Source of the DNA: an uncultured bacterium
Lineage (GTDB): Bacteria > Chlamydiota > Chlamydiia > Chlamydiales > JAAZZY01
Assembly: GCA_964351075.1 (NCBI GenBank)
Contig: CAYGMF010000004.1
Location: 1-33,412, forward strand
Reading direction: 5' to 3'
DNA length: 33,412 bases
Both the position numbers and the translations under genes were made by a program. Of this stretch, positions 27,504 to 33,412 are shown in pieces (the first letter of the stretch is position 1; each line of letters begins with the position of its first letter). The notes beneath the pieces were generated by a model. That model did not search any database. It had not been told where the DNA came from and was given only the letters and a program-made list of their open reading frames with translations.

Positions 27504-28273
27504 CCGTAGCTCTAATCGATAAGAAAAAAGAAAAAAGAAAGAGTTCCTTGCTCTCTGAAGAGGAATTAGCCAATCTCTATAGGAATGCAATTCCCAAACA
27601 TGTAGCTCTTATAATGGATGGAAATAGGAGATGGGCTGAGAAAAGGCACCTCCCTATCGGAGTCGGTCATGCAAGAGGAGCCGATCAGCTCAAAACAATC
27701 GTTGAAGCTGCTATGGAGCTTGGCCTAAAAACTTTGACAGTTTATTCTTTTTCGACAGAAAATCGAAATCGCTCTCCAAGAGAAATACAACTTCTTTTCG
27801 CTTTATTTAAGAAGTATTTGATCAAAGAGCGAGAAGAGATGAAAAATAATGGTATTCGTCTAGATACAATCGGAGACTTATCCCTATTTCCAAAAGATCT
27901 TCAGGAAACGTTAGAGGTTTCTAAAGAAATGACAAAGAAGGAAACTCGATTTAACTTAGTACTTGCTGTTAACTATGGAGCGAGAGATGAGATTAAAAGG
28001 GCTGTTGAGAAAATGTTTCGAGATGAAAAGATCATACAAGGTCAAGAGATTACAGAAGAGCTGATTGAAAGCTATCTTGATACAGCCAAGTGGCCTGATC
28101 CAGAGCTTTTAATTCGAACTTCAGGAGAATTTAGATTGAGCAACTTTTTGCTCTGGCAAATCTCTTATACAGAAATTTATTTTACAGATGTTTTTTGGCC
28201 CGATTTTACACCAAAACATTTACTCAATGCGATTCACGATTATCAAAATAGAGAAATTCGGAGAGGTTTATAA
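27500..28273 (+). CDS. uppS: Undecaprenyl (isoprenyl) diphosphate synthase
   Basis: HVALIMDGNRRWA, YSFSTENRNR and LIRTSGEFRLSNFLLWQISYTE. There is no in-frame ATG upstream of the conserved core, so the TTG at 27500 overlapping the purA stop (TTTGA) is the likely start. Confidence 0.92.
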   Translation: MTVALIDKKKEKRKSSLLSEEELANLYRNAIPKHVALIMDGNRRWAEKRHLPIGVGHARGADQLKTIVEAAMELGLKTLTVYSFSTENRNRSPREIQLLFALFKKYLIKEREEMKNNGIRLDTIGDLSLFPKDLQETLEVSKEMTKKETRFNLVLAVNYGARDEIKRAVEKMFRDEKIIQGQEITEELIESYLDTAKWPDPELLIRTSGEFRLSNFLLWQISYTEIYFTDVFWPDFTPKHLLNAIHDYQNREIRRGL

Positions 28274-29131
28274 ATGCATGACTTGAAAAGTCGATCTATC
28301 AGTTTTATCATCAGTATTGCTGTCATAACAGCACTGCTCCTATTTTCCAAAACGATCCTCTTCGCCATTATTTTCTTTGTTGTATTAGCTTTGGTTATTT
28401 CTGTTGCGCTATGGGAATTTTACAAGATGTCTGAAAATAAAGGAGCTAAACCCCTTTACACTTTAGGGATTATAGGTGCTCTCTGTTACCTCTCTTCTGT
28501 TTTTTTATCTATTTTCTTTGTAGGCTGGACACTTGTGCCTCAGCTTGTCTTAGGGGTACTCCTATTTCTTTTCTTCTTTCAAAACTTAATACGTATTAGA
28601 GCTCCATTAATAAGCCTTTCAGTCTCTTATTTTGGAATTTTCTATATAGTCGTGTCGCTTGCCTTTATTATGAAAATCAACTTCTTTTATCCTGTAGGGG
28701 CTCCTATTTCAGGACAGTGGTGGCTTTTGTACTTGCTTGTTGTGACTAAATCAACTGATTTGGGCGCCTACTTCATCGGTAAGTTTTTTGGACGACACCC
28801 TCTTGCGCCTCTTATAAGTCCTAAAAAAACAATTGAAGGTCTCATAGGAGGGATGGCATGTTCTATCCTTGCCAGTTTCTTACTCATCTTTTTAACTCCA
28901 CATGTTTATCAAGAACTGAAAGCACCTTGGGTCTTTGCTCTTATTATGGCTTTAGTACTCTCAATTTTTGGGCAATTTGGTGATTTAACAGAATCTCTTA
29001 TTAAAAGAGACGCCGGTGTAAAAGATAGTAACAAAATCAAAGGCTCAGGGGGAATCTTGGACATGGTCGACTCTATGATCTTCACAAGCCCAATCTTTTA
29101 TTTATTTTTAGAATATGGAACTACCTTATGA
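28274..29131 (+). CDS. cdsA: Phosphatidate cytidylyltransferase (CDP-diglyceride synthase)
   Basis: Polytopic membrane protein with the C-terminal CDS signature region SLIKRDAGVKDSNKIKGSGGILDMVDS. The start directly follows the uppS stop (TAAATG). Confidence 0.9.
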   Translation: MHDLKSRSISFIISIAVITALLLFSKTILFAIIFFVVLALVISVALWEFYKMSENKGAKPLYTLGIIGALCYLSSVFLSIFFVGWTLVPQLVLGVLLFLFFFQNLIRIRAPLISLSVSYFGIFYIVVSLAFIMKINFFYPVGAPISGQWWLLYLLVVTKSTDLGAYFIGKFFGRHPLAPLISPKKTIEGLIGGMACSILASFLLIFLTPHVYQELKAPWVFALIMALVLSIFGQFGDLTESLIKRDAGVKDSNKIKGSGGILDMVDSMIFTSPIFYLFLEYGTTL

Positions 29132-29796
29132 TTATTGTAATTGATGGCCCCTCTGGAGCAGGAAAAAGCACCCTTGCAAAACGCTTGGCAAGTGACCTCA
29201 ACTTCTCTTTTTTTGATACAGGTGCGATGTATCGCTGCGTATGTTGGTATCTTCTTGAGAAGAAGATTGATCTTGAAGATCAAGAGCAAATACAAGAATC
29301 TCTGAAAGATTTTCACTTTCAGCTGAAAAGGGAGGGGGACTCAACTCAATTTTTAGTTAACAATCAAGATGTTTCTCACAAAATACGCACAAGTGAAATA
29401 GATAAAAAAGTATCCATTGTAGCTGCCTATCCTTTCGTTAGAAAAGCCCTTGTCCACTTGCAGGAAGAATTTAGCCAGAGTGTAAGCGCAGTTTTTGAAG
29501 GTAGAGATATGGGGACAGTTGTTTTTCCTAAAGCAGATGTGAAATTCTTTCTCGTAGCAGACCCAAAAGTGAGAGCTAAAAGACGTTATGCGCAGCTTAA
29601 AGAACTCTATCCCAACGCGACCATTAATTTAGAGGAAATTGAATCGGATATACTCAAACGAGATGAGTATGACTCTAATCGAGAATGCTCCCCTTTAAAA
29701 AAAGCGGATGATGCTCATTTAATTGATGCATCTGATCTCTCCATTGAAGCTATTCTTAAGGTTATGAAAGGTTACGTTACGGAGAAAAAAGTATGA
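29128..29796 (+). CDS. cmk: Cytidylate kinase
   Basis: P-loop IVIDGPSGAGKST and DTGAMYR. 4-nt overlap with cdsA. Confidence 0.93.
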   Translation: MIIVIDGPSGAGKSTLAKRLASDLNFSFFDTGAMYRCVCWYLLEKKIDLEDQEQIQESLKDFHFQLKREGDSTQFLVNNQDVSHKIRTSEIDKKVSIVAAYPFVRKALVHLQEEFSQSVSAVFEGRDMGTVVFPKADVKFFLVADPKVRAKRRYAQLKELYPNATINLEEIESDILKRDEYDSNRECSPLKKADDAHLIDASDLSIEAILKVMKGYVTEKKV

Positions 29797-30449
29797 AGAC
29801 TAAAAAATCTTTTTGGTTCTATAGATTTTCAAGGAAGCTCGTAGAGTATTTTTTTAGACTTTTTTATAAAGCTCGAGTTTATGGTGAAAAGGCTCACTTT
29901 ATTGAAGGTAGGGCAGTTATTGCAGGGAATCATGTTTCCTATTTTGATCCCCCTTTCGTAGGAGTAGGCTGGCAGGAAGTAATTCACTATTTTGCAAGGC
30001 CTTCCCTATTTAAAAAGCCTATTTTAGGATTTTTGCTGCGCTCTTATAATGTACATCCTCTCCCTTCTGATACGCCAACTAGTGCTATTAAATATATCTC
30101 ACAGCTTTTAAATCAAAATATGAAAGTCGTTATTTTCCCAGAGGGTACCCGTTCACCTGAGGATCGCATTATGGATCCTAAACAGGGATTCGCTATGATT
30201 GCTCAACGGACAAACAGCCCTATTATTCCAGTCTATGTGGGAGGCGCTTTTGAGATTTGGAATAGAAAACTGAAACGTCCAAAATTAAAGGGTCGTTTGG
30301 TCTGTGTTTTTGGATCTCCACTTACATGGGAGGCTTTGAGTCACCTTAATAAGAAAGAAGCACAAGATACGATGGTTATTGAGTGGCAAAAGGCAGTAGA
30401 GGGATTAAAGAGCTGGGTAGAGAAAGGGGCACATGGAACGCCACCTTAA
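29793..30449 (+). CDS. plsC: 1-acyl-sn-glycerol-3-phosphate acyltransferase
   Basis: HxxxxD motif (GNHVSYFDP) and FPEGTRS. 4-nt overlap with cmk. Confidence 0.85.
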   Translation: MKTKKSFWFYRFSRKLVEYFFRLFYKARVYGEKAHFIEGRAVIAGNHVSYFDPPFVGVGWQEVIHYFARPSLFKKPILGFLLRSYNVHPLPSDTPTSAIKYISQLLNQNMKVVIFPEGTRSPEDRIMDPKQGFAMIAQRTNSPIIPVYVGGAFEIWNRKLKRPKLKGRLVCVFGSPLTWEALSHLNKKEAQDTMVIEWQKAVEGLKSWVEKGAHGTPP

Positions 30450-30515
30450 AAAAGATGATAAAAAAGAATTAAATGACATACAATGGATCCGTTTCAAAAA
30501 ATTAGGAGATAACGA

Positions 30516-30839
30516 ATGACTAGTGACTTAATCAAAAAGCTATCAAGTTCAGACTTTAAAGAAACCATTCAATCAGGGTTGACTTTGGTCGATTTTTTTG
30601 CAGAATGGTGTGCCCCATGCCGAATGTTAGTTCCAGTTTTAGAAGAGCTAGCTGAAGAAAAAAAAGACCAAATGAAATTCTGCAAGGTGGATATTGATCA
30701 AGCTCAAGATATCACAACCGAATTTCAGGTGACCTCTGTTCCAACTTTAATCCTCTTCAAAGATGGAAAGGAAGTGAACCGAACAATTGGACTTAAAGAT
30801 GGGGACGCTCTTCGAGCACTAATCTCTGAAAGTGTGTAG
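30516..30839 (+). CDS. trxA: Thioredoxin
   Basis: 107 aa with the WCAPC active site and VPTLILFKDG. AGGAG upstream. Confidence 0.95.
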   Translation: MTSDLIKKLSSSDFKETIQSGLTLVDFFAEWCAPCRMLVPVLEELAEEKKDQMKFCKVDIDQAQDITTEFQVTSVPTLILFKDGKEVNRTIGLKDGDALRALISESV

Positions 30840-30846
30840 GTCTTAG

Positions 30847-31656
30847 ATGTCCTATGTAGCCTTGATAGCAGGCGCAGGAAAAATGCCATTAAGGCTTATA
30901 GATGAAATCCATGCCTCTGGAAAAAAGGTCCTTTTACTTGGAGTAAAAGGGGTGACTCCAGAGGAATTGACTCAAAAAGCAGATCTCGCATACTGGGCTC
31001 ATCTCTCTCAGCTAGGAAAAGCTAGAAGTATTTGCCTTAAGCACCAAGTGAAGGAAGCAGTTATGGCAGGCCTTATTAGGCATGAAAAAGTTTTTGGGCT
31101 TTCTCTTTTTTCTATGGACTGGCTAACTATTAAAGCTCTCTTTACTGTGAAAGATTTTAGAGCAGATACTATTTGTAATAAGATCGTTGATGTTTTTCAG
31201 GAAAAAGGAATCGCTTTTATGAGTACAAGTAAACTATTGAGTCGGTTTTTAGCTCCAAAGGGACTCTTAACACGCAAAAAACCATCAAAAAAGAATCTAG
31301 ACGACATAGAATTTGGAGTTCAGCTTGCAAGAGAACTCGGACGCTTGGATATTGGACAAACCGTCGTAGTCAAAAATAAGTCAGTTGTTGCTCTTGAAGC
31401 GATGGAAGGTACAGACCAATGCTTGCAAAGAGCTGGAGATATAGCGGGACCTGGTTGTGTCGTTATTAAATTACCTAAGCCTGAGCAAGACAGTCGTTTT
31501 GATGTACCTGTTATTGGAATAAATACCATTGAAAAGCTTGCTAAAATAAAGGCTTCAGCTTTAGCGATTGGAGCTCAAAAAACTTTAATTATTGATCGCG
31601 AAGTTATTGAGCTGGCAGACAAGTTCAATCTGGTACTTCTATCTATTGATGTTTAA
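30847..31656 (+). CDS. lpxI: UDP-2,3-diacylglucosamine hydrolase LpxI (DUF1009 family)
   Basis: VALIAGAGKMP at the N-terminus, then LDIGQTVVVKNKSVVALEAMEGTDQCLQRAG and KPEQDSRFDVPVIGINTI, matching the conserved LpxI/DUF1009 pattern. It starts 7 nt after trxA. Confidence 0.8.
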   Translation: MSYVALIAGAGKMPLRLIDEIHASGKKVLLLGVKGVTPEELTQKADLAYWAHLSQLGKARSICLKHQVKEAVMAGLIRHEKVFGLSLFSMDWLTIKALFTVKDFRADTICNKIVDVFQEKGIAFMSTSKLLSRFLAPKGLLTRKKPSKKNLDDIEFGVQLARELGRLDIGQTVVVKNKSVVALEAMEGTDQCLQRAGDIAGPGCVVIKLPKPEQDSRFDVPVIGINTIEKLAKIKASALAIGAQKTLIIDREVIELADKFNLVLLSIDV

Positions 31657-31707
31657 TCTTTTATTTTATAAAATAGATGTAATAAATTGGCTACTTAGTA
31701 AGGCACA

Positions 31708-32580
31708 ATGAATAAGTTGACAAATCGATTTAAGCTCCTAAGCCTTCTGTTTTGTATTTTAATCGCCCCTATTTCAAAATCTTTTTCTGATATTTCTAAC
31801 TTTGATGAAATCCCTGAAAGTGAACGGATAAACACCTATCTTCATTTCCTTAAAACTTTTAACGATAGCTTAGGTCCCTCGGGAGACTTTTCAAAAGGTG
31901 AAATTCAAATAGTACTTGATCCTACTAAAATTTCTGAAATTGAAGCTCTTCAAAAGAAACGTCTGATGAAAAGGGGACTCTCACCGAGCGAAGCTACTCA
32001 AATGAGCCAGTGCGGAATTATACAAACTGATACTTATTGGATTTGGATGAGAGATGCGGTTATTTTTCCTTCTGGATATGAAGGGACTTATAATCGAGTA
32101 GTATGGAGATCAGCTGTAGATGGTCCTGGCAGTGTCGCTATATTACCTCTATTAAAAGATGGTCGCATTGTTCTAAATCTAAATTATCGCCACTCTACTC
32201 GCTCCTGGGAAATTGAATTGCCAAGAGGAGGACGCTGGTATGGAGAAACACCAGAAAAAGCATCTCGTAGAGAGCTGCGCTCTGAAACTGGTTGCTTAAC
32301 AGATAGCCAAGTCTATTTAGGTTCAATTACACCAGATACGAGTACATTAAATACAGTGACACCTATCTTTCTGGGCTATGTGTCTGAACAGATAGAATCC
32401 AATCAAGAACCTTCAGAAGCCATACTGGGGCTCATCACTCTTTCCAAAGAAGAGATCAAAGAAGCCTTTGTTAGAGGGTTCATTGAGATTAAAATGAATG
32501 GAGAAGTTAAAAGAATTCCTTTCAGAGACTCTTTCTTAGCTTTTGCTCTTCTGCAAGCTGAGGCTAGAGGCCTCGTCTAA
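31708..32580 (+). CDS. Nudix hydrolase (ADP-ribose pyrophosphatase-like) with N-terminal signal peptide and about a 110-aa extra N-domain
   Basis: Signal-like MNKLTNRFKLLSLLFCILIAPISKSFS. Nudix box GGRWYGETPEKASRRELRSETGC fits Gx5Ex7REUx(E->S)ExGU. Confidence 0.8.
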   Translation: MNKLTNRFKLLSLLFCILIAPISKSFSDISNFDEIPESERINTYLHFLKTFNDSLGPSGDFSKGEIQIVLDPTKISEIEALQKKRLMKRGLSPSEATQMSQCGIIQTDTYWIWMRDAVIFPSGYEGTYNRVVWRSAVDGPGSVAILPLLKDGRIVLNLNYRHSTRSWEIELPRGGRWYGETPEKASRRELRSETGCLTDSQVYLGSITPDTSTLNTVTPIFLGYVSEQIESNQEPSEAILGLITLSKEEIKEAFVRGFIEIKMNGEVKRIPFRDSFLAFALLQAEARGLV

Positions 32581-32665
32581 AGCACCTTTTTGTAGATTTA
32601 AAGCAATGTGAACTTTTAGAAGAGAATTTATACAAAATTTAGAGCGAACTTAAGAAGTTTTCAAT

Positions 32666-33313
32666 ATGCTTACCAAGGAAGACTATAATTTAACTAAAAA
32701 AGAGCTAAAAATTAGAAAAATTTGGCTTACATTTTATTGGATTCTATGGTCAATCACTTCAATTATCCTGACACTTTGTTTGATCATCATTTGTAGTGCT
32801 ATAAAAAGTATTTCAGATATTGAGTTAATCTTAGGCGTAAGTGTAATTATTATACTGGCCTTTTTTGGATGGTGGTTGTTTTACTATTGTGCTTATAAAA
32901 AAAGCGGAGTTTGGCTTTTGCGTTTACAGCTCATATTTGATGCTTGGGCTATATTAAAAGCATTCTCTATCACTTCTGGAATTCTATTTTTCCTGTTCTA
33001 TGGTAATATTGAGAAATATAGTAAGTATAGTAGATCGGATTGGGTTGTTCTGCTCTCTCTACTATTGATAGATGTTTTATTTTCAGCATTTCATTTTTAT
33101 TTAGGTTTCAGGCTTCTTAAAATTAATAAGAAAATAAGATGTACTCAGCAAGTATCGGATGATCTACTAGCAAAAATACAACGTTTAGCTCAATTAGAAG
33201 ATGGAGATCAGAGATCAGCACTTTATGGGTCACTTGTAGGAGACTATCCCTATTTAAATTGGTTAATTTCTAGAGTCTGGAAAAGGAAAGAAAAATTGAT
33301 TACAGTTTGGTAA
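32666..33313 (+). CDS. Hypothetical polytopic membrane protein (about 4 TM) with a helical cytoplasmic tail
   Basis: 215 aa with hydrophobic segments WLTFYWILWSITSIILTLCLIIIC, LILGVSVIIILAFFGWWLFYY, AWAILKAFSITSGILFFLFY and VVLLSLLLIDVLFSAFHFYLGF. No motif recognised. Noticeably AT-rich. Confidence 0.6.
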   Translation: MLTKEDYNLTKKELKIRKIWLTFYWILWSITSIILTLCLIIICSAIKSISDIELILGVSVIIILAFFGWWLFYYCAYKKSGVWLLRLQLIFDAWAILKAFSITSGILFFLFYGNIEKYSKYSRSDWVVLLSLLLIDVLFSAFHFYLGFRLLKINKKIRCTQQVSDDLLAKIQRLAQLEDGDQRSALYGSLVGDYPYLNWLISRVWKRKEKLITVW

Positions 33314-33354
33314 AATTGTAAATTTAATTTTTTAAAATCAATAAATTGGCAGGC

Positions 33355-33398
33355 CGTCTCTCTCTCCTAGAGGGACGATTCAACTAAAAAATTGAATC
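33355..33398. other. Two adjacent hairpins at the window end (possible terminator or start of an RNA continuing off-window)
   Basis: CGTCTCTC-tctccta-GAGGGACG (33355-33377; 8 bp including one G-U pair) and ATTCAA-ctaaaaaa-TTGAAT (33378-33397). Confidence 0.25.
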
Positions 33399-33412
33399 AA
33401 TTATATCTTAAT

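Noticed and set aside
33340-33412. Window-end structure as the 5' end of tmRNA, RNase P RNA or a tRNA
   Set aside because: There is no match to the tmRNA GGGG...GGAUUCGAC start, no RNase P P1-P4 motifs, and no tRNA cloverleaf or T-loop GTTCRANNC. Too little sequence remains to decide.

Overview
AT-rich, gene-dense bacterial chromosome segment with about 36 credible protein genes. I found no rRNA, tRNA, CRISPR array, transposase, integrase or phage genes. Gene content and micro-synteny point to phylum Chlamydiota: pepF divergent from groES-groEL with a CIRCE-like operator; ihf / hypothetical / accA / msbA-like / dnaQ-like; recR-bamA-skp-lpxD; uppS-cdsA-cmk-plsC; a plant-type FabI; and HPr with no PTS permease nearby. 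The presence of purA, a FAD-dependent GlpD, a YkuD L,D-transpeptidase and LpxI suggests an environmental (amoeba-associated) lineage rather than Chlamydiaceae. That placement rests on my memory of those genomes, not on a search. Most of the window is core housekeeping: chaperonins, tRNA synthetase, lipid A and phospholipid synthesis, outer-membrane biogenesis and nucleotide metabolism. I do not see a clear self-contained novel system such as a defence, toxin or biosynthetic island. The observations most worth follow-up are listed here. (1) An orphan FliO/FliZ-like membrane protein is translationally coupled to a 55-aa lipoprotein ORF missing from the ORF track and to a DEDDh exonuclease; the FliO-like gene also carries a C9 homopolymer. 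(2) A membrane-anchored, catalytically degenerate Ser/Thr-kinase-like protein has a C-terminal TPR. (3) Two unassignable 470-500 aa proteins appear to share the same helical-plus-beta architecture; one lies next to the L,D-transpeptidase and one is coupled to a HAD phosphatase. (4) A Nudix hydrolase carries a Sec signal peptide. (5) A nested inverted-repeat RNA structure ending in a U-run on the minus strand lies between tyrS and ihf. An HPr gene truncated by the window edge at position 1 is also absent from the ORF track.
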